Origin: Acidobacteriota bacterium
GTDB taxonomy: Bacteria; Acidobacteriota; JBCCFW01
Assembly (NCBI GenBank): GCA_039029535.1
Contig: JBCCFW010000006.1
Span: 26,429-90,428, forward strand
Length of the DNA stretch: 64,000 nt
Direction: 5' to 3'
The notes below the pieces were generated by a model, which worked only from the letters and a program-made list of their open reading frames with translations, ran no database searches and was not told the origin of the DNA. The translations under genes and the position numbers were made by a program. The first letter of the stretch is position 1. The number at the start of each line of letters is the position of its first letter. Below, piece after piece: positions 56,585-64,000 of the stretch.

Positions 56585-57618
56585 GCAGCGCCTCCGTCGG
56601 CCACTCGCGCCGACGACGTCGTCTCGACCTCCTGCGGACCCGGGGTCGTCCCGTGGACCCGAGCGACGACGTAAGGCGGTGCGCCGCGGGCCTCGTGGTA
56701 GGTCCGGATGCCGATCTCGGCCAGCAAGCCGAGCATGACCACCTGCACCCCGAGCAGGAACAGGAAGACGGCAAGCAGGATGAGCGGGTTGCGGTGCACG
56801 AAGGCGGTGGGGTCGTGCCAGCGCTGGATCAGCGTCACGGCCCCGGCGATGCAACCCATGATGCAGCTCCCGACGCCGACCGCTCCGAACAGGTGGATGG
56901 GTCGGCTGCCGAAGTCGAGAAGGAGCTTGAGCGTCAGCAGGTCGAGGAGCACCTTCCCGGTGCGACCGATGCCGTACTTCGATCGGCCGGCGCGTCGCGG
57001 GTGATGCGCGACCTCGACCTCGACGACCCGACCTCCGGCCCAGGCGCAGTAGGCGGGCACGAAGCGGTGCATCTCGCCGTAGAGCCGGAACGAGTCGAAG
57101 AGATGACGTCGGTAGGCCTTGAGCGAGCAGCCGAAGTCGTGCAGCCCGAGGCCGGTGAGACGCGCGGCCAGGGCGTTGGCCAGCCAGGAGGGGAAGCGGC
57201 GGCTCCAGAAGGCGTCGTGCCGCTCACGCCGCCAGCCCGAGACGACGTCGGCGCCGTCGGCCAGCTCCTCGAGCAGACGCGGGATGTCCTTCGGGTCGTT
57301 TTGAAGGTCGGCGTCCATGGTGACGACGACGTCGTGGCGAGCGTGGTCGATGCCCGCCGAGAGCGCCGCGGTCTGACCGAAGGACCGAGCCAGCCGCACC
57401 ACGCGAGCCCGGGAGTCCCGCTCGGCCAGGGCGACCAACCACTCCGACGATCCGTCGTTGGAGCCGTCGTCGACGTAGATGACCTCGCTCGGACGCTCGA
57501 GCGAGTCGAGGACCGTCACGAGACCGTCATGCAGGGCTTCGAGGTTGTCGCGCTCGTTGAGGACCGGGATGACGACGGACAGTCCTTCGGGAGCGCGCTC
57601 CTCTGGGAGGACCGCCAC
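56581..57618 (-). CDS. GT2 polyprenol-phosphate glycosyltransferase (ArnC/GtrB-like)
   Basis: VDDGSND, FGQTAA, MDADLQNDP, LYGEMHRF, SKYG, two C-terminal TMs. Confidence 0.92.
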   Translation of the reverse strand: MAVLPEERAPEGLSVVIPVLNERDNLEALHDGLVTVLDSLERPSEVIYVDDGSNDGSSEWLVALAERDSRARVVRLARSFGQTAALSAGIDHARHDVVVTMDADLQNDPKDIPRLLEELADGADVVSGWRRERHDAFWSRRFPSWLANALAARLTGLGLHDFGCSLKAYRRHLFDSFRLYGEMHRFVPAYCAWAGGRVVEVEVAHHPRRAGRSKYGIGRTGKVLLDLLTLKLLLDFGSRPIHLFGAVGVGSCIMGCIAGAVTLIQRWHDPTAFVHRNPLILLAVFLFLLGVQVVMLGLLAEIGIRTYHEARGAPPYVVARVHGTTPGPQEVETTSSARVADGGAA

Positions 57619-57695
57619 GAGCCGATCATGTCAATCCGACTCCCCTACGGTCAGCAGGAGCGATCAGCATTCCAGCCTGGCGCCCGAGGCCCCCG

Positions 57696-58796
57696 TCACG
57701 ACTCGGCCAGCAAGTCGGCGACCGCTCCGGCGCAGGCCGCCCACGATCGGGCCGCGGCGATGGCCAATCCCCTGTCCCGCCGGGTCGCTGCGTCCGACTC
57801 GGCCTCGGCCAGGAGCTCACTCACCGCCGCGGCCAGGGCCTCGGCGTCGTTCACCGGCGCCAGGGCAGCCGCCCCGTCGGTGAGCTCTCGCAGGGACGGC
57901 AGCGCAGAGCAGGCCACCGGCGTGCCGCAGGCCAGGGCCTCGAGCACGGGGAGGCCGAACGACTCCACCCTCGAGGGATGAAGCAGGACATCGGCCCGTC
58001 GGAGCAGCCCGGGGAGCTCCTGCCGGGGCGGCCCGCCGAGGGGGGCCATCCGTCGACGCGCCTCGTCCGACCAGCCTCGACCCTGCCCGAGGCGGTCGAG
58101 GTCCTCCTCGGTGAGACCCACCAGCTCCAGGCGGTGCGGGATCGACGAGGCGAGACGGGCGAAGGCATCGCAGGCGACGACCACGTTCTTGTAGGGGCTC
58201 GGGTTGCCGATGACCAGGAGGCTCGGCGTCGGCTCGGGAGGTGCCGGTGCGGCCTCGGGCGAGAACGACGGGTGGACCCCGTGCGAGACCACCCGCAGCC
58301 GACCGCGAGACTCGGGCACGAGCTCCTCGAACTCCTCGGCGAAGGCGTGGCTCGGCGCGATGAGGACGTCGGCTCGCCCCGCCGTGCGTCGGATGGCGTC
58401 GTCGAGCCAGAAGCGCCAGTAGAGCCGCCGCCCCAGCGGCTCTCCCTCGGGCTGGGAGAAGTTGAGATGGTGGTGGAGGGTGATGACCGTCGGCGACCGG
58501 GGTCCGGTCGGCAGGAGCTGACCGTCGGGGACGAGATAGCGATCCGCTCCGAAGTCGGCGAAGACCCGCGGCACGGCGCGGCGGGCGATGAGGAGTCGCG
58601 CGATCCGGCCGTTGGGCGTCGGCTGCCGCACCACGTCGCAGCCGAGCTCGCCGATGCGGTCGGCGAGGAAGGGTGTCGAGAGCACCACGCAGTCCCCGCC
58701 CAGACGCTCGACGAGCGGCGGGAGCAAGCCCTCGACGTAGACGATCGACGAGGTCGACTGCGGCTTGATGCTCAGCAGCGGGATCAACACCTTCAC
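57696..58796 (-). CDS. GT4 glycosyltransferase
   Basis: YKN, PSRVESFGLPVLEALACGTPV. Confidence 0.9.
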   Translation of the reverse strand: MKVLIPLLSIKPQSTSSIVYVEGLLPPLVERLGGDCVVLSTPFLADRIGELGCDVVRQPTPNGRIARLLIARRAVPRVFADFGADRYLVPDGQLLPTGPRSPTVITLHHHLNFSQPEGEPLGRRLYWRFWLDDAIRRTAGRADVLIAPSHAFAEEFEELVPESRGRLRVVSHGVHPSFSPEAAPAPPEPTPSLLVIGNPSPYKNVVVACDAFARLASSIPHRLELVGLTEEDLDRLGQGRGWSDEARRRMAPLGGPPRQELPGLLRRADVLLHPSRVESFGLPVLEALACGTPVACSALPSLRELTDGAAALAPVNDAEALAAAVSELLAEAESDAATRRDRGLAIAAARSWAACAGAVADLLAES

Positions 58797-58957
58797 GCGC
58801 GGAGCCTACCGTGCTTCCGTCCCGACTCGACCCCGTCGCGAGGCCCGCTCGGAGCGGACCGGGCGGCCGGTCGGGCCGAGGCCGGTCGTGCTACTGTCCC
58901 GGCGTCGTCCCGGGTGTCCTGCCCGGCCGTTCCCTCCCCCTCGTCGTCGCGAGCACC

Positions 58958-60133
58958 GTGTCCCCGCAACCCCCTCGTCTCCTGGTCCTCAGCCAGGCCC
59001 ATCCGCACTTCTTCACGCGCTGGCTGGAGCAGCTCTCCCGGTCGCTCGGACCGCTGGAGCTGTGGACGGGGACGGTGCCCTCGCCGCCGCTGCCCGACGT
59101 GGAGGTCGAGCCCCTGACGCCCTACGTCCGGGAGTCGAACCGATCGCGGCTGAGGTGCTGGCTGTCGGCCACCGCGCACGTCGCCCTGAAGCTGCTGACA
59201 CGACGGGAGCGACCGCCGCTGCTGGTCCTCACCAACCCGCCCTTCCTCCCCCTGCTGATCGGCTTGCTCGCTCCCTTCCTCCGCCTCCGCTACGCCTTGC
59301 TCGAATGGGACATCTACCCGGAGGCCGTGAGCGCCATGGGCTTCGCCGGGGAGAAGAACCCGCTGCTGCGCATCTGGCGGAGCCTCCACGGTCGCGCGCT
59401 GCGGGGCGCCGAGCTGGTCATCACTCTCGGTGACGGAATGGCCGACCGACTCCGCGAGGCCGCCGGCGACGACCTGGCAGTCGAGGTCATCCCCGTGGCC
59501 GCCGACCTCGAACGGCTCCGCCCGCTCCCACGGAGCGAGAACACCCTGGCAACGGAGCTCGACCTGGGCGACGAGCTCGTCGTCCTCTACTCCGGCAACC
59601 TCGGCGCCACCCACGACCTCGAAGCCCTGCTCGCCGCCATGCACGAGCTGAAGGACGAGACCGGCATCCGCTTCGTGGTCGCCGGCGAGGGCAGCCAGCG
59701 TCGTCTCTTCGAGGACGCCGTGACGAAGGGGCAGCTCCCCCAGCTCTCGCTCCTCCCCTTCCAGCCGGAAGCCCGACTTCCCGAGCTGCTCGCCTTGGCC
59801 GACGTCGGGGTCGTGACCCTCGCCGCTCGGCTCTCGGGGATCTCTTCACCCAGCAAGATGCCGCCGCTCATCGCGGCGGGCGCAGCGCTGGCGGTCATCG
59901 CGCCGGCGTCCGACGACCTCTCGTCACTGGTGGTCGACGCCGACTGTGGTCGCAGCTTCCGCTCCGACGATGCCGTCGGCCTGGCCGGCTGGCTGCGCGA
60001 GCTGGCCGCCGATCGCGCGAAGCTGCATGCGCTGCGGGAGAACGCTCGTCGGCTCGCCGAAGAACGCTACGACGAGCGGCGCTGTCTCGAGCGGATGGCT
60101 GCCCGCATCGACGAGACCTTGCTGCGTCAGTAG
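58958..60133 (+). CDS. GT4 glycosyltransferase (WbuB/WcaI-like)
   Basis: TNPPFL, DIYPE, LYSGNLG, PFQP, PSK. Confidence 0.9.
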   Translation: MSPQPPRLLVLSQAHPHFFTRWLEQLSRSLGPLELWTGTVPSPPLPDVEVEPLTPYVRESNRSRLRCWLSATAHVALKLLTRRERPPLLVLTNPPFLPLLIGLLAPFLRLRYALLEWDIYPEAVSAMGFAGEKNPLLRIWRSLHGRALRGAELVITLGDGMADRLREAAGDDLAVEVIPVAADLERLRPLPRSENTLATELDLGDELVVLYSGNLGATHDLEALLAAMHELKDETGIRFVVAGEGSQRRLFEDAVTKGQLPQLSLLPFQPEARLPELLALADVGVVTLAARLSGISSPSKMPPLIAAGAALAVIAPASDDLSSLVVDADCGRSFRSDDAVGLAGWLRELAADRAKLHALRENARRLAEERYDERRCLERMAARIDETLLRQ

Positions 60134-60158
60134 CTCGGCTCAGCCGGCACCGTGAGAC

Positions 60159-60893
60159 TCAGCGCCGGTGACGCCGCGCCGGACGTCCGGCTTCGAGAGC
60201 GCGCCGGTCCATCTCCTGTCGGAGACGTCGCCCCCGGGACATCCGCGGACGGTCTTGCACGCGTCGGATGGGACCCGCCTCCACCGTGGTGCCGGCGATG
60301 ACCAACATCCCCGAGCTCGTCGGCGAGTGGAAGACGACCGGCCAGGAGCCGACCGCGTCGTCGCCGCCCCAGGACTCGAGCTCGAGTCGCGTCGGCGCCT
60401 GGTCGGGTCGGGAGGCGGCGGCCAGGTCGAGGAAGAGACTCCAGCCCTCGGTCGAGCGCAGCTCGAGACCCGGCGGGCTCCCATCGCTGGCCACGCGGAG
60501 ACCGAGCGCGTACTCGCCCGCCGGCACGGCCACCGGACCACCGGGGGACGGGCCGAGAAGGATCGGTCCCGGCGCGACGAGGCGTCCGGCCTGCGAGTAG
60601 TCGGCGTGGTCGATGGGTCCCCAGCCGGCCGACAGCCAGCGAGGCTTGCGGAGGTCACCGCGGACCGGGCGGAGCTCGACGAGCACCTGGCCCGGGACGC
60701 TCTCGACCCGCTGGCTGGCCCGCAGCGAGCCGGCGACCGAAGACGCCAGGCCCAGCGAGGGCGACAGGACGAGCAGGACGGCGGGAACGAGCCGCCGGAG
60801 CGAGCTCGTCGAGGACGACGTGAGAGCGAGTCGGAGCAACGTGGCCTCCGGTCTGGGCCCCGCCGCCGGGCGGAGCGTGAGTGCCGTGCTCAA
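60159..60893 (-). CDS. Hypothetical exported protein
   Basis: Possible signal peptide and beta-rich body; no recognisable motif; start uncertain. Confidence 0.4.
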   Translation of the reverse strand: MSTALTLRPAAGPRPEATLLRLALTSSSTSSLRRLVPAVLLVLSPSLGLASSVAGSLRASQRVESVPGQVLVELRPVRGDLRKPRWLSAGWGPIDHADYSQAGRLVAPGPILLGPSPGGPVAVPAGEYALGLRVASDGSPPGLELRSTEGWSLFLDLAAASRPDQAPTRLELESWGGDDAVGSWPVVFHSPTSSGMLVIAGTTVEAGPIRRVQDRPRMSRGRRLRQEMDRRALEAGRPARRHRR

Positions 60894-61001
60894 CCTAGCA
60901 GAAAGGGCAGAAGGGCCGGAGCGCGGCGTCGGAGCTGAGAGGTTCGATCGCGTAGACTGACCGCGTCGGCCTGCTGGTCCCCCGCCACGAAAGACCGCCG
61001 C

Positions 61002-62570
61002 GTGTCATCGGAATCCAAGCCAGCCGCGCTGTCCCAGCGGGCCGCACAGGGCGCCTTCGCTCTCACCGTCTTCAACGGCGCCGCCGCCTTCCTCGTCGTC
61101 GGCCTGACGACCGTCCTGAACCACGTGCTCGCCGATCCCCGGACGGAGATCGGCGTCTGGCAGCTCCTGCTCCTGCTCTTCGGCCTGTCCTCGACCATCT
61201 TCGAGGGCGGGCTGGCCACGGCGCTCAAGCAGGCCAAGGAGCTCACGCCTCCGTTGACCCGCACCCTCGTGCGCATTCAGCTCCTCTTCAACGGCCTGGG
61301 CATCGCCCTGGTCTTCATCTTCGCGCCCTTCCTCACCAGCCTGGTGACCGACGAGCCCCTGACCGAGCTGCTCCGCCTGTCGGCGGTCGGTCTCCTCTTC
61401 GTCGCCTTCGGCCAGCCGCAGAAAGCCCTGCTCGAACGCGACCTGCACTTCCCCACCGTCGCCCGCATCGAGGCGGGCTGCACGACCCTCTTCGTCGTCG
61501 CGGGTCTTCCGCTGGGCATCCTCCACGGGGCCGAAGGCCTGCTCTGGGCGACGCTGCTCCGACATGCCGTCGAGACCGTCTTCTACTGGCGCCTCGGACC
61601 TCTCCGCATGGCCGACCTCGTGGCAACCGGCACCTTCGACGGCGCGGGCACGCCGCTCCGCACGGCGGCTGGGATGTGGGGCCAGGTCGTCGTCTCGCAG
61701 TGGCGACTCGTCGACCGACTGCTCGTCTCCAAGGTCCTCGGCGCCGCGACCCTGGCGTTCTACGGCCTGGTGCAGACCATCCTCGCCCTGCCGCTGGCGC
61801 GCTTGACCATGTACATCATGCGCGTCGCGCTGCCGGCTTTCTCCCGGGTGCAAGACTCGCCGGAGCGACTCAACCGCGGGCTCGAGCAACTGCTCGGGCT
61901 CCTGGCGCTCACGCTGTTCCCGATCATGGCTGGCCTGTGCTCGGTCTCACCCCGGCTCTTCTTCCTGCTCTGGGGACCCGAGTATGACGACGTCCTCGCT
62001 CTCGCCTCTCAGGTCACCGTCGTCCTCTGCGTCGGCGCTGCGGCGATGGTCTTCACCAACCCCCTCGGCATCGCCCTCAACGCCAAGGGCAAGTCGACGC
62101 TGCTGCTGGTCATCCAGACCACGACCGCGGTGGTCATGATCATCTCCTTGCTGCTGTCCGCCGGCCGGGGCGTCCTCATGGTCGCCGGCGTGCGCAGCCT
62201 CGGGCTGTCGCTGATGAGCCTGGTCCTGGTCGTCCTCGCGCGACGACATCTCGGCTTCTCGGTCCGCCGATCCTGGCGGGCGGCCTGGCGCGCGCTCGCG
62301 GTCGCCGTGGCCATGGGCGTGGCGGTGGCCCTCGCCGGTCGCGCCGCCGGCCAAGCCTGGCCGGCCTGCGCGCCGCTGCTGGGACACGACGAGGCGAGGG
62401 CCACGGCGGTGACGCTCGTGCTCGGCGGGCAAGTCCTGCTGGGCGTCGGCCTCTACGCCCTGGGGGTCAAGCTGCTCCGCGTGCCCATCCCGCCGGTGTT
62501 GTTCGACTTGCTCGCGCGACTGCGCGCGCGCCTGACGCGGAGCGACGCGAGGGTAGACTCGGCCACATGA
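61002..62570 (+). CDS. wzx: Wzx-type oligosaccharide flippase
   Basis: LLERDLHFPTVARIE, DRLLVSKVLG..LAFY, VALPAFSRVQD; many TMs. Confidence 0.87.
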   Translation: MSSESKPAALSQRAAQGAFALTVFNGAAAFLVVGLTTVLNHVLADPRTEIGVWQLLLLLFGLSSTIFEGGLATALKQAKELTPPLTRTLVRIQLLFNGLGIALVFIFAPFLTSLVTDEPLTELLRLSAVGLLFVAFGQPQKALLERDLHFPTVARIEAGCTTLFVVAGLPLGILHGAEGLLWATLLRHAVETVFYWRLGPLRMADLVATGTFDGAGTPLRTAAGMWGQVVVSQWRLVDRLLVSKVLGAATLAFYGLVQTILALPLARLTMYIMRVALPAFSRVQDSPERLNRGLEQLLGLLALTLFPIMAGLCSVSPRLFFLLWGPEYDDVLALASQVTVVLCVGAAAMVFTNPLGIALNAKGKSTLLLVIQTTTAVVMIISLLLSAGRGVLMVAGVRSLGLSLMSLVLVVLARRHLGFSVRRSWRAAWRALAVAVAMGVAVALAGRAAGQAWPACAPLLGHDEARATAVTLVLGGQVLLGVGLYALGVKLLRVPIPPVLFDLLARLRARLTRSDARVDSAT

Positions 62571-63511
62571 GCAACGACTGGTCCGGACGTCGGATCCTCG
62601 TCACCGGAGGCGAGGGTTTCCTCGGCTCTCACCTCGTCCCCAAGCTCGCCGAGCGCGGAGCGGAGCCGACGGTGGTGCGCCGGCGTGAGCACGACCTGCG
62701 CCGTGCCGAGGACTGCCGCACGCTCCTGGAGAGCACGCAGCCCGACGTGGTCGTGCACCTCGCCGCGGCGGTGGGCGGCATCGGCGCCAACCGCAAGCAG
62801 CCCGGCACCTTCTTTCGCGACAACGCGCTCATGGGCATCCACCTCATCGAGGCCTGCCGCGAGGCCGAGGTCGCGAAGGTGGTCGTGGTCGGCACGGTCT
62901 GCGCCTACCCATCGCACCCGCCACTCCCCTTCTCCGAGTCCGACCTCTGGAACGGTCATCCCGAGCCGACCAACGCGCCGTACGGGATCGCCAAGCGAGC
63001 CTTGCTGACCATGCTCGCGGCCTACCGCGACGAGTTCGGGCTCGCCTCGGCCTATCTCCTCCCGGCCAACCTCTACGGCCCCCGTGACGACTTCGACCTC
63101 GAGACCTCGCACGTCATCCCCGCGCTCATCCGCAAGATGGTCGAGGCGCGGGAGGCCGGACGAGACGAGGTCGTCCTCTGGGGCGACGGCAGCCCGAGCC
63201 GTGAGTTCCTCCACGTGTCGGACTGCGCGGAAGGCCTGTGCCTGGCCATCGAGAAGCTCGACGAGCCGACCCCGGTGAACCTGGGCACCGGCGTGGAGAT
63301 CACCATCCGCGAGCTGGCCGGGCTCATCGCCGAGCTCACCGGCTACGAGGGCACGATCACCTGGGACATCGACCAGCCCGGCGGTCAGGACCGTCGCTGT
63401 CTCGACGTGAGCCGGGCGCGCGAGCTGCTCGGCTTCGAGTCCCGGGTCACCCTGGCCGACGGGCTGCGCGAGACCATCGCGTGGTTCGAGAAGGAGGGAC
63501 GGACCGGCTGA
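62567..63511 (+). CDS. fcl: GDP-L-fucose synthase
   Basis: VTGGEGFLGS, AAAVGGIGAN, TVCAYP, YGIAK, SHVIPALIRK, WGDGSPSREFLH. Confidence 0.94.
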   Translation: MSNDWSGRRILVTGGEGFLGSHLVPKLAERGAEPTVVRRREHDLRRAEDCRTLLESTQPDVVVHLAAAVGGIGANRKQPGTFFRDNALMGIHLIEACREAEVAKVVVVGTVCAYPSHPPLPFSESDLWNGHPEPTNAPYGIAKRALLTMLAAYRDEFGLASAYLLPANLYGPRDDFDLETSHVIPALIRKMVEAREAGRDEVVLWGDGSPSREFLHVSDCAEGLCLAIEKLDEPTPVNLGTGVEITIRELAGLIAELTGYEGTITWDIDQPGGQDRRCLDVSRARELLGFESRVTLADGLRETIAWFEKEGRTG

Positions 63512-63532
63512 GCGGCCCGCCCCTCCGACGGC

Positions 63533-64000
63533 TCATGGACAGGGAACCGTCGGCCGCAGGCGACCGTCCGAGCCGACACCGTAGGCCGCCATCACCAACC
63601 CGCACTGGGTGCGAGCGGTGACGAGGTAGTAGTAGCCCGCCTCCTTGATGGGGAACGGGTCCGTGTCCTCGAAGCTCGGCTCGCTGGCCACCAGCAGGCA
63701 CTCGTGGTCGTAGGGCTCGGGCCCCCGGACGCCCATCCCTCTCATCGCAGGGATGGTGCCGCGAAGCACGGGATAGTCCATCGCCGCCACGTGACCTTCC
63801 CAGGTGAAGCCGTCCGGGCTTCCCCGCAAGGTGTCGGCAGGGTCGGCCTCCTCGGTGCAGGGCTCGACCACCGTGAAGCTCGTCGTGCTCGACGCGACGC
63901 TCGCGCCGCACTCGACCAGCCAACGACACTCGACCGTGTAATCGGGCCCCTCGACCGGGAAGCCGACGTCGAGAAGGGCGAAGCCGTCGTTGAGCACCTC
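63533..64000 (-). CDS. C-terminal part of a probably secreted protein ending in the Cys-Pro domain (5' end outside the window)
   Basis: Frame open to the window edge; FTW..DYPVLRG..CLL..FEDTDP..YYYLV..CG..YGVGSDGRLRPTVPCP. Confidence 0.75.
   Translation of the reverse strand, partial: EVLNDGFALLDVGFPVEGPDYTVECRWLVECGASVASSTTSFTVVEPCTEEADPADTLRGSPDGFTWEGHVAAMDYPVLRGTIPAMRGMGVRGPEPYDHECLLVASEPSFEDTDPFPIKEAGYYYLVTARTQCGLVMAAYGVGSDGRLRPTVPCP

Noticed and set aside
57629-57634. TTGACA on the minus strand upstream of the GT2 gene
   Set aside because: Only about 10 nt from the start codon, leaving no room for a -10 box.

Overview
High-GC (roughly 70%) chromosomal window from a diderm bacterium; gene content and protein style suggest Acidobacteriota (inference only). 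From left to right: a Hanks-type kinase divergent from an rsbW-STAS-mlaEFD-pqiC operon; two tandem FG-GAP secreted proteins; a coiled-coil gene; cvpA, an M23 peptidase and a bactofilin-like gene; a large multidomain outer-membrane protein; rsmA-uppP-ftsK; two tandem beta-propeller paralogs; a GAF-PilB/GspE ATPase; a cpcT-like gene, uppS and aspS; a hybrid histidine kinase; gcvT-gcvH-purC; lspA-(Lgt-like)-lgt-rluD; and a Wzx/Wzy-type polysaccharide locus with a split OPX plus beta-barrel export module. No rRNA, tRNA, CRISPR array or transposase was seen. Three signals stand out. (1) A shared ~110-aa Cys-containing C-terminal domain ending in Cys-Pro-stop occurs on three proteins (two paralogs and one apparently unrelated), a candidate undescribed sorting or anchoring domain, with a possible circularly permuted version on two further proteins. 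(2) A family of ~125-nt palindromic intergenic elements has covarying stems and near-invariant purine-rich internal loops. (3) A partner-switching kinase/STAS pair is coupled to an MCE transporter. All product calls come from motifs read by eye; no database searches were run.
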